The notes under the pieces were generated by a model, which had not been told where the DNA came from, did no database searches, and saw only the letters and a program-made list of their open reading frames with translations. Made by a program: the position numbers and the translations under genes. A stretch of 64,000 bases of DNA from Candidatus Acidiferrum sp. (lineage in GTDB: Bacteria > Verrucomicrobiota > Verrucomicrobiia > Limisphaerales > UBA11358): the NCBI GenBank assembly GCA_035506715.1, contig DATJOW010000017.1, positions 14,078 to 78,077 of the forward strand, in the 5' to 3' direction. Of this stretch, positions 28,149 to 36,091 are shown in pieces (positions within the stretch are counted from its first letter, which is position 1; every line of letters begins with the position of its first letter).

Positions 28149-30482
28149 CTATCTCCGGCGCCCGCCACCAGCCCGGACGGGTGCCGAGCGGACGGGAGCG
28201 GGCCGTACAGCCGGGCGGGCATTTTGCGCCCGCGCCTGGCCCAGTTGGCGGGCATAATATTGCCGGTCGAGCTCCGCGGCGTTCTGGGCGAGTGCCTGGG
28301 GGGCGGCGCCGGCAACCTGGCGACCGCGCGGTTGCGAAGCCGCCACCGGCGCAGCAGTTCCGGTGTTCCGGCCCCCGGTGCGGGATGCCGATACCCCTTG
28401 AGCCGCGGCGCTCTGTTTGCGTTGGCCGGCGCCTTGAACCGGAGCGTAATAATCCCACTTGCCGCCCGCTCCGCGGCGATACCAGCCATCGCTTTTGCGT
28501 TGGTAGATGTTTCCGTCCGGCGACGCATAAAGGTCGCGGCCGCCGCCAGGAGACTGCCGGACGGTATCGAGCAACTGCGCGCCGCCGGGCACGGAACCCG
28601 CGCGGGCAGTGGTTGGCGGACGGGAATAAGGATTCAAGGCAAGCGTGTTGGGCGGCGGACTCCAGGGCGTGGGGCGGGCCCCGCTTTGGAAGCGTCCGTA
28701 CAAGGCCGGATAGCCGCCGTAAACAACCGGCCATCCCGGCGAACTGGCGGCGTCGGCGCGGCGATCATGGGGCGTGACGTGATTGCCGGATTGCCAACGA
28801 TCGTAAATGTTGTCAATCACGGCCGCCCGGAGACCGCCCCGATTATTCCACGAAGGCCGCCACGTCCACCATCCGTACCAGGGCGAGTAAAGATAACCAT
28901 AACCCCACGTGTAACCCCAGCCGTAATAGGTCGTGGTCGTCGTGCTGCACCACGGTTCATAATTATACCCCGTGCCATAAACCATCGTGCCATCATCCTC
29001 ATAAGCGCCCGTGTACCCGGAGGTGTAGCCGACCTCCACACTATTGGTGTCGGCATCGTAAACGCGGACAAAGGTTGCGTAATAGACCGGGGAGTCGGGC
29101 GGGATGGTGTAAATTTCCTGCGGCACCTCCGCCGCCACCTGCCACGGCCCGGCCGGGGCCGCCGCCGTGAACCACACGCCCTTGTCCGCGGCATAATAGC
29201 TTTCGCCGGCCCGGATGACCGGCAATGGCGCATTGACCGCGTACAGCAGGGAGGTGCCCGCAATCGGCTTGAACTGCGGTTCGCCGTCGTAAGCAAACTC
29301 GAGTTTCGTGTCACGCCTGACCGTTGCCGTGGTGGGAACCGAGCTGGCAATCAGCGCCTGCTCCGCCTCGGGCGTGCCGGGCACGGAAGCCAGCACCACC
29401 GCCTGCGGACTGCCGCGGGGAATATCGGCGAAGTCATCGGGCAAATCCTTCGGCGCCACGTAAGTCCACGGGCCGTCGAGCGAGTTTGCTCGGAACCAGC
29501 GGCCGGAAAGCAGCAGGTAAGCCTGGCGTTCGGGGACGTAAAAGAAGAGCTGGTTGTCCGAGTTTGCCGCGTACTGCAATTGGGTGCCGCGGATGGGCTG
29601 AAAATTCGGCGCGCCATCCGTCATCAGCAATTCCGCGGGCCGGGTGCTGACGAGGATGCGCGGCCGGCCTTGTCCCGCGGCCGCCGCCGGGGCGTTGGTG
29701 GATGCCGGGGAAAACGCGGCCACATCCGGCGGCGGGATTTGGGCCAGCGACCAGGGACCGGCGAGCGCATCCGCGGCAAACCACTGACTTTCACCCGAAA
29801 GGTACAACCGCCCGCCGGCCGGGTCGCGCACCAGCAAGGCCGGCGTGTTGATGACGCGTTCGAGGGCCGTGCCGGCCATCGGTCGGAACACCGGCTCGCC
29901 GTCGATCACCACCAGCACTGACGGGTTGGTCACCCAGATAATATCCGGCGGATTGTGATTCAACGGCTGGGTCTGCGGCCGGGCGGCCGCCTCCTCGAAT
30001 CCGAGCGCCGTGATCAGGTAATCGAGCGACACGGTGCGGGCGCCGCCCGGGAACAGTTCACGCACGAGGGCCAGGTCGTTGCTGCCGTTGTCCGGCGCGT
30101 CCGGGAAACTGCCCCGGGTGATTTCCAGGCGGTCGAGCGCGACCAGCCGGGTGGAGCGATCCACAGTGCCCTGCGCCTCGAACCAGACGACGCCGAGTTG
30201 CTCCTTTTTAGTGCGGGCCGGTTTCACCCCGACCACGGCCTGGGCGACGAACCAGTTGGTGGTCCAGCGTTCCACCTGCGGCAGATACATCGTGACGGTG
30301 TTTCCGTTGGTCGAGCGAACGCGCGGCCAGGGGGAGTCTTCGTCCAGGGCCGTCGGGGCCGCGAGCATCGCCGGGGCCAGCGCGAGCACCAGGCTGATGA
30401 TTTGTATTCCGCAGGCAACCGGGCTGCCAATCCGGCGCGGCTCGAGCAAGTGAACAGTTAGTTTCATATTGCGCTCCTTCAT
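28149..30482 (-). CDS. Large exported repeat protein of unknown function
   Basis: Hydrophobic signal region (ISLVLALAPAMLAAP), three internal repeats of about 65 aa (DG-P-F-PI-GT-L-Y ... G-WF ... GPW), an aromatic/Gly block (YYGWGYTWGYGYLYSPWYGWWTW) and an Arg/Ala/Gly-rich tail. ATG at 30482 overlaps the upstream stop as ATGA. Confidence 0.7.
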   Translation of the reverse strand: MKERNMKLTVHLLEPRRIGSPVACGIQIISLVLALAPAMLAAPTALDEDSPWPRVRSTNGNTVTMYLPQVERWTTNWFVAQAVVGVKPARTKKEQLGVVWFEAQGTVDRSTRLVALDRLEITRGSFPDAPDNGSNDLALVRELFPGGARTVSLDYLITALGFEEAAARPQTQPLNHNPPDIIWVTNPSVLVVIDGEPVFRPMAGTALERVINTPALLVRDPAGGRLYLSGESQWFAADALAGPWSLAQIPPPDVAAFSPASTNAPAAAAGQGRPRILVSTRPAELLMTDGAPNFQPIRGTQLQYAANSDNQLFFYVPERQAYLLLSGRWFRANSLDGPWTYVAPKDLPDDFADIPRGSPQAVVLASVPGTPEAEQALIASSVPTTATVRRDTKLEFAYDGEPQFKPIAGTSLLYAVNAPLPVIRAGESYYAADKGVWFTAAAPAGPWQVAAEVPQEIYTIPPDSPVYYATFVRVYDADTNSVEVGYTSGYTGAYEDDGTMVYGTGYNYEPWCSTTTTTYYGWGYTWGYGYLYSPWYGWWTWRPSWNNRGGLRAAVIDNIYDRWQSGNHVTPHDRRADAASSPGWPVVYGGYPALYGRFQSGARPTPWSPPPNTLALNPYSRPPTTARAGSVPGGAQLLDTVRQSPGGGRDLYASPDGNIYQRKSDGWYRRGAGGKWDYYAPVQGAGQRKQSAAAQGVSASRTGGRNTGTAAPVAASQPRGRQVAGAAPQALAQNAAELDRQYYARQLGQARAQNARPAVRPAPVRSAPVRAGGGRRR

Positions 30483-32908
30483 CCTTCGCTCTGGATCCCC
30501 TCGATGAATCCCTGCGCGCCTTCCTGGACGTTGGCGGCATTGGCTTCATCGGTGTCAATGTGCATGGCCAGCTTGTAGTTCGGATCCACACGAACCAGCA
30601 CATCGCCAAACACGAGTTCCCTATCCCCGTCAATCCGCACGCGCACGACCGACTTGTCGCGCACGCCGTAGCGGAGGGCATCCTCGGGCGTCATGTGAAC
30701 GTGACGCAGCGCGCAGATGACGCCGCGGTCGACTTTTACCCTGCCGGTCGGGCTTTCGAGAACGCACCCGGGCGTGTCGGCGATGTCGCCGCTTTCGCGA
30801 ATGGGCGGGTGCACGCCGAGTTTGAATTGCTCCGTCATCGCAATTTCAATCTGCGTGTACTTGCGGGCCGGGCCGAGCACGCGGACGCGCTCGATGCGGC
30901 CTTTCGGCCCGACGATGGCGAGTTGTTCCTGACAGGCATACTGGCCGGGCTGCGAAAGATCGGCGTGTTTGGTGAGCTGATGCCCCTTGCCGAACAGCGC
31001 CTCGACATGTTCCTGCGTGAGATGGATGTGATGGGCCGAAACTTCGACGAGAAACGGAACTTGTTTCTGGGCTTCGAGCACCTTCGTGATGTAGGAGCGG
31101 CTGAGGGCGCGCAACGCCTCGCGTGCCATCATGCGCTCCTCGTCCGTGGGCACCACCAGCACGGCGATCTTCGAATCTTCGGCGGTGATGCGGCAGATCT
31201 CGTCGAATCCGCGCGCCTGGCGGTTGCGCACCTCATCCAGCGAAATACCCATGCAATCCAAGCCTTGCAATGCCAGCGCGCGCACTTCGGCGCTGCCCTG
31301 GCCGATGCCGCCGGTGAAAACCACCGCGTCCAGGCCGCCCATGGAGGCGACGTACGCGCCGATGTATTTGCGCACGCGGTAGCAATACGTCTTGAGCGCC
31401 AGCAACGCGCGGGGCTGCTCCTCATCCGCCGCCTTGAGCACCTCGCGCATGTCGCTGGAAATGCCGGACAATCCCAGCAACCCGCTTTTCTTGTTCAACA
31501 TCTCTTCGCTCTGACTGGCGGTGCGGCCCTCGGTTCGCTCAAGAAAGGCGAGCACGCCGGCGTCCACGTCGCCGCAGCGGGTGCCCATGATGAGGCCCTC
31601 GGCGGGTGTGAAGCCCATGGTCGTATCCACCGACCGGCCGTGGTCCACGGCGCAGAGGGACGAACCGTTGCCGAGGTGGCAGCTCACCAGCCGCAGTTCG
31701 TTCGGGCGGCGCTTGAGAAATTCCGCGGCACGCAGATTGACGTAGTGATGCGACGTGCCGTGGAAGCCGTAACGGCGCACGGCCTTTTTTTCGTACAGCT
31801 CGTAGGGCAAGCCGTAAAGGTACGCATACGCCGGCAGCGTGTGATGGAACGCCGTGTCGAAGATCGCCACGTGGGGCACGGCGGGAAACAGCTTTCGCAT
31901 CTCGCGGATGCCCGCGACGTTCACCGGATTATGCAACGGCGCCAGCGGACTAAGCTCGTCGAGTTGGGCCAGCACTTCATCGGTGATGAGCGTGCCTTCC
32001 GTAAATTTCTCGCCGCCGTGAACGACGCGATGGACGACGACGCTGACCTCCCCGGCTCCGCCAATGACGCCCGTGTCCTTTGCGGTGAGTTCGGCGAGCA
32101 CAGCCTTGAACGCCTCGGCGTACCCGCCTTTGGATAGCTCGCGTTTCAATTCGCCTTTCGGCCCCTGATGCTTGAGGCGCGTGCCGTCGAGCCCAATACG
32201 TTCGATGAGACCCCGCGCCTGGCGGGATTCGTTGGCTGTATCGTAGAAACAATATTTGACCGACGACGAACCGCAATTGATGACCAGAATTTTCTCGGGC
32301 CGCTCGCCCTTGAGCTTGAGGCCGTACGGATCGTCGCTCTGGCGCAACGCCGCCGCCGCCTTGGCCGGGTCGGCCATGATGAACTTCACCCGTTCGGCTA
32401 TCGTACGCGAAATGAATTGCACCGCCCCGGGCGCGGCAACGATGGCGGACTGGAACAGCGACACCGGGATGAGCAGAATTTCGCAGCGGGTTTCGGCGAT
32501 GAATTCCGCCAGCAGCGGATTGCCGGTCATCAAGGCGCCCTCGCCGAAGGTGTCGCCGGCTTTCAATTGTCCGAACACCTGGCGGGCGCCGCCGTCCCCG
32601 AGGGCCGAAGCCGTCACGGCGCCGCCGAGCACGACATAGAAGTGCGTGGCTTCCGCGCCGCAGTGGGCGATGGCTTCATTGGCTTCGAAAGAGACGATGC
32701 GCGAAGCCTCCGCCAGTTTGGCCAACAGGTCATCCGCAAACCGGGTGAACAACGGGACCTTGGCTTTGAGGAAAGCGATGATTTCAGCTTGCGTTTTCAA
32801 AATCCGGTTGTCGGTTGGGAAAGCCAAAGCGCGCGGCCGGGCGCGATGCCGCCTCCTCCGTGCCGGGCAGGGGGAGAGGCTTTGGATACCAGGGGTTCCT
32901 GCCACCAA
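30479..32908 (-). CDS. Tri-domain fusion: cyclic-nucleotide-binding domain + acetate kinase + PduL-type phosphate acyltransferase
   Basis: cNMP domain about aa 42-165 (FGEGALMTGNP, RCEILLIP). AckA about aa 206-602 (ILVINCGSSSVKY, HRVVHGGEKF, GFHGTSHHYV, SCHLGNGSSLCAV, GTRCGDVD, VFTGGIGQGS). PduL about aa 617-795 (VSAHHIHLT and ALRHVHMT repeats). The start is uncertain: 32908 is a TTG, with alternatives GTG at 32905 and TTG at 32800. Confidence 0.9.
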   Translation of the reverse strand: MVAGTPGIQSLSPCPARRRRHRARPRALAFPTDNRILKTQAEIIAFLKAKVPLFTRFADDLLAKLAEASRIVSFEANEAIAHCGAEATHFYVVLGGAVTASALGDGGARQVFGQLKAGDTFGEGALMTGNPLLAEFIAETRCEILLIPVSLFQSAIVAAPGAVQFISRTIAERVKFIMADPAKAAAALRQSDDPYGLKLKGERPEKILVINCGSSSVKYCFYDTANESRQARGLIERIGLDGTRLKHQGPKGELKRELSKGGYAEAFKAVLAELTAKDTGVIGGAGEVSVVVHRVVHGGEKFTEGTLITDEVLAQLDELSPLAPLHNPVNVAGIREMRKLFPAVPHVAIFDTAFHHTLPAYAYLYGLPYELYEKKAVRRYGFHGTSHHYVNLRAAEFLKRRPNELRLVSCHLGNGSSLCAVDHGRSVDTTMGFTPAEGLIMGTRCGDVDAGVLAFLERTEGRTASQSEEMLNKKSGLLGLSGISSDMREVLKAADEEQPRALLALKTYCYRVRKYIGAYVASMGGLDAVVFTGGIGQGSAEVRALALQGLDCMGISLDEVRNRQARGFDEICRITAEDSKIAVLVVPTDEERMMAREALRALSRSYITKVLEAQKQVPFLVEVSAHHIHLTQEHVEALFGKGHQLTKHADLSQPGQYACQEQLAIVGPKGRIERVRVLGPARKYTQIEIAMTEQFKLGVHPPIRESGDIADTPGCVLESPTGRVKVDRGVICALRHVHMTPEDALRYGVRDKSVVRVRIDGDRELVFGDVLVRVDPNYKLAMHIDTDEANAANVQEGAQGFIEGIQSEG

Positions 32909-32995
32909 ACCGTGCCCGACGAAGCGATGACGCGCTCACGTAATTGCCTCGATTTTCTACCGGACATTTTTACTTGACCGGACCAGAACGGCCAA

Positions 32996-33011
32996 TTGGA
33001 CCTTGGTCCAA
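32996..33011. promoter_or_regulatory. Palindromic operator candidate TTGGACCTTGGTCCAA upstream of the ack-pduL/xfp operon
   Basis: TTGGAC-N4-GTCCAA. On the minus strand it is followed after 23 nt by TAAAAAT. A near-identical site lies at 57307-57322. Confidence 0.5.
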
Positions 33012-33275
33012 CTGACTTGGAAATCACAGCCGATGAACACCACGCACACGAGGAAGTTCTGTGGTCCGGGCCCGACCGGGCGGCCGTCGTGGATTCACGG
33101 CTCGACGGGCCGGGGCCAATCAAGATCATCATCGGGGCCTGCCGCCAGCGACCGGGAGGTGAGGCACGGGCGCATTCAAAGATATTTCAAGCGCGAGGTC
33201 GGATACGCCGCGTTGAACGTGCGGGACCAACGGCGCGCCGGGCCAGCGGTCCCGGCGTTGGCGCTTACGCCGGCC

Positions 33276-34355
33276 TTACTTTGGCGCCGGTTCTGGTTTT
33301 GCGGTCGCGTTGCCGGCCGGATTCCATTCCTCAATCAGGCGGTAACCGACCGCCAGCAGCGTGGGGCCGAGGAATACGCCGATGAAACCGAAGGCCAGGG
33401 CGCCGCCGATCACACCAAAGAAGATCAGGATGAATGGCAGGTTGCTGCCCTGGCTGATCAGCCACGGCTTGATGAAATTGTCCACATTGCCCACGAACAA
33501 TCCCCAGACGATCATGAAAATGCCGTAGCCGGTCGAGCCTTGATGGAACAGCCAGATGGCCGCCGGGATCCAGACCAGGCCGACACCCACCACCGGAATG
33601 ACTGAGGCAAAAAAGGTCAGCAGCGCCAGCAAGGCGGCTCCGGGAACGCCCGCGATGACATAGCCGATGCCGGCGAGGACGGCTTGAGCCAGTGCCGTCC
33701 CCAAAATGCCATACACGACTCCGCGGATGGTTTTATTGGCCACAGTCAGGAGGCGCACGCCCTGACCGCCGGCGATGCGTCCGACGGCGGCATTCAACCA
33801 GCCGGCCATGGCCTCACCATCACGAAACAGGAAGAACGCGATGAAGATGCTCAAGGCCAGCCCCAGCAGGCCGTTGCCGAGCAGCAAGCCCGCTTTCAAC
33901 AACCAGCCGCTCACGACCGGAATCTCCTCCTGCGCCTTGGCCATCAGTTTGGTACTGTCCCCGGCGAGACTCAGCCAGGATTCGACGGCTTTGGCGCCAA
34001 CCACGGGAATTTTGCCAAGCCATTCGGGCGGCGCGGGCGGGCCGGCCGCCATCCAGTTCTGCACGGCCGCGGTCAAAGCGTTCACGTTATCGGCCAGCGT
34101 CATGCCAACGATGACGAACGGGAACAGAACGATCAGCAACAGTCCCAAGGTCATCAGGGATGCGGCGAGCGTATGGCGCTGATTGACCAGCCGGAGCAAC
34201 CGGCGATAAAGAGGCCAACTGGAAGCGCACAACACCACGCCCCAGAGCAGCATGGACACAAACGGGCGCAATACAAACAGGCAACCCGCGATCAGCAGGA
34301 GCAAAATCGCCACGCCCACGTTCCGTTCCAGATTTGAGTTTGACGGCATTGTCAT
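33276..34355 (-). CDS. AI-2E family transporter (PerM/UPF0118)
   Basis: 8-TM profile. C-terminal FIKPWLISQGSNLPFILIFFGVIGGALAFGFIGVFLGPTLLAV is typical of the family. ATGA overlap with the upstream SulP gene. Confidence 0.85.
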   Translation of the reverse strand: MTMPSNSNLERNVGVAILLLLIAGCLFVLRPFVSMLLWGVVLCASSWPLYRRLLRLVNQRHTLAASLMTLGLLLIVLFPFVIVGMTLADNVNALTAAVQNWMAAGPPAPPEWLGKIPVVGAKAVESWLSLAGDSTKLMAKAQEEIPVVSGWLLKAGLLLGNGLLGLALSIFIAFFLFRDGEAMAGWLNAAVGRIAGGQGVRLLTVANKTIRGVVYGILGTALAQAVLAGIGYVIAGVPGAALLALLTFFASVIPVVGVGLVWIPAAIWLFHQGSTGYGIFMIVWGLFVGNVDNFIKPWLISQGSNLPFILIFFGVIGGALAFGFIGVFLGPTLLAVGYRLIEEWNPAGNATAKPEPAPK

Positions 34356-36091
34356 ATAGTGCCTCCGGAGGTTATAACAGCGGCTCCAGCTTGAAACCGT
34401 CGAACCGCCTGTTCAAGGTTAAAAAACATCCGCTCGCGGCCCAAGGTTTTCCCCAGCGTCGATTTTTGAACCAAGGCCAGCGGTTCCGGATTCAAGGCAG
34501 CCAGCCACAGGCTGATCCCGGACTGCTGGAGCTTCTTTTCCGCATCGGTCAGCATCATGAGCGCGGTGTATTCCAAGTCCGGGATCGCGCTGCAATCGAT
34601 GACGACTACTTGCGGCTTGTATTCATGGATGAGCGGCCACATCAGGTCCCCGATCCGCTGGGCATTGGCAAAATGGATGATGCCTTCGGTTTTGAGGATT
34701 AACAGGCCGGGGCAGAATTCGTCTTCCGGATGTTCGCTGGAACGCGGACGGAACACCGAGGTCCCGGGTTTTCGCCCCAGGACAAAGACCGGCCGGCGGT
34801 TGCCGTGATAGATCAGGGCCAGGAGCGAAAGCAGGACGGCTACCAGGATGCCCTGCAAAGTGCCGATGAACACGACGCCGGCTGATGCGGCCAGGGCCCA
34901 GCTGAATTCCATGACCCGCATTTTGGCGATGGCGCGGAATTCGCGGATTTTGATCATCCCGGCGCACGGCACGACGACCACGGCAGCCAGGGTTGCCTGC
35001 GGCATGAGATGGACCAGCGGCGCCAGAAAGAAGAGCACGGCGACCACCACCGTCCCGGTCACTAGACCGGCAATCTGGCTGCGGGCGCCGGACCGGCGAT
35101 TGACCGCCGTCTGTGAAGTCCCGCCGCCGGAGGGCATGTTATGGAACAGCCCGCCGACGAGATTTGCCAAGCCCAAGGCCAGCAGCTCGCGATTCGCCTC
35201 GGGCCGCGGTTCGTCGGCGCCACGGAAGGCCCGCCCGGCCGCCACCGTTTCGACGAAACTCATCAGCGCGATGCCCAGCGCGGCGGGCCAGAGATGCATA
35301 AACCAGGACAGGTCCGGAAGGCCGAACGGCGGCAAGCCGCCCTGGACTTCTCCCACCCGCTCAATGCCGAAACGATCCAGGCCCAGCAGTCCGGACACGG
35401 TGATCCCGGCCAGCACGGTGACGAGCGAGGCCGGCACGCGCGGCAGGAACTGCTGCAGGCCCAGCTGCAGGCAGAGCATGGCCAGCGCAAGCAGCATCGT
35501 GGGTCCCGACGCCTGCGGGAGATGATGAGCGATGGCAGCAAGGTTGTGGAAGAAATGACCCTTGGCAAAATGAACTCCCAGTAATTTGGGGACCTGATCC
35601 ACCACGATCACGAGACCAATGCCCGCTTTGAATCCGGTGAGCACCGGTTCGGAGATGAAATTGGCAATCATGCCGAACCGCAAGAGCGACGCCACGGAAA
35701 GCGCGGCCCCCACCAGCACGGCCAGCGTCGCCGCGCCGGTCATCAAGGCGTCGTGGTCGCCGCCGGGAACCGCCTGATGCAGGGCCCCGGCGGTCAGGAT
35801 GGCCAGCGTCGAGGTGGTGGTCACGCTCAAGGGACGCGACGTGCCCATGACCGCATAGACCGCTATCGGCACCAGGGCGGTGTAGAGTCCGACGACCAGC
35901 GGCAGGCCGGCGATGGCGGCATAGGCCATCGCCTGCGGGATGACGACCGCCGCGGCTGTCAGTCCGGCGACCAGATCACCGCGGAGCCATTTCCGCTCAT
36001 AGACAGCCAACCAGCCTGTCGCGGGAATCCAGCGCGCCAAGGAGTGCGGGCGGGAGGGTGTCGGAGCCTCGCTCAAAAATTCATTCGCCAT
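34352..36091 (-). CDS. SulP family anion transporter with C-terminal STAS domain
   Basis: N-terminal DLVAGLTAAAVVIPQAMAYAAIAGLP, multiple TM helices, C-terminal STAS (GLLILKTEGIIHFANAQRI ... VVIDCSAIPDLEYTAL). Confidence 0.9.
   Translation of the reverse strand: MANEFLSEAPTPSRPHSLARWIPATGWLAVYERKWLRGDLVAGLTAAAVVIPQAMAYAAIAGLPLVVGLYTALVPIAVYAVMGTSRPLSVTTTSTLAILTAGALHQAVPGGDHDALMTGAATLAVLVGAALSVASLLRFGMIANFISEPVLTGFKAGIGLVIVVDQVPKLLGVHFAKGHFFHNLAAIAHHLPQASGPTMLLALAMLCLQLGLQQFLPRVPASLVTVLAGITVSGLLGLDRFGIERVGEVQGGLPPFGLPDLSWFMHLWPAALGIALMSFVETVAAGRAFRGADEPRPEANRELLALGLANLVGGLFHNMPSGGGTSQTAVNRRSGARSQIAGLVTGTVVVAVLFFLAPLVHLMPQATLAAVVVVPCAGMIKIREFRAIAKMRVMEFSWALAASAGVVFIGTLQGILVAVLLSLLALIYHGNRRPVFVLGRKPGTSVFRPRSSEHPEDEFCPGLLILKTEGIIHFANAQRIGDLMWPLIHEYKPQVVVIDCSAIPDLEYTALMMLTDAEKKLQQSGISLWLAALNPEPLALVQKSTLGKTLGRERMFFNLEQAVRRFQAGAAVITSGGTI

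Noticed and set aside
28224-29921. 565-aa plus-strand ORF opposite the exported repeat protein (also 28135-28734 and 28181-28777)
   Set aside because: Arg/Gly/Pro/Ala-rich low-complexity translation, fully nested in a better-supported minus-strand gene that is translationally coupled to its neighbours.
32797-33132. 111-aa minus-strand ORF upstream of and overlapping the ack-pduL fusion start
   Set aside because: It overlaps the better-supported gene out of frame, has low-complexity Ser/Gly/Arg composition, and covers the putative promoter/operator.
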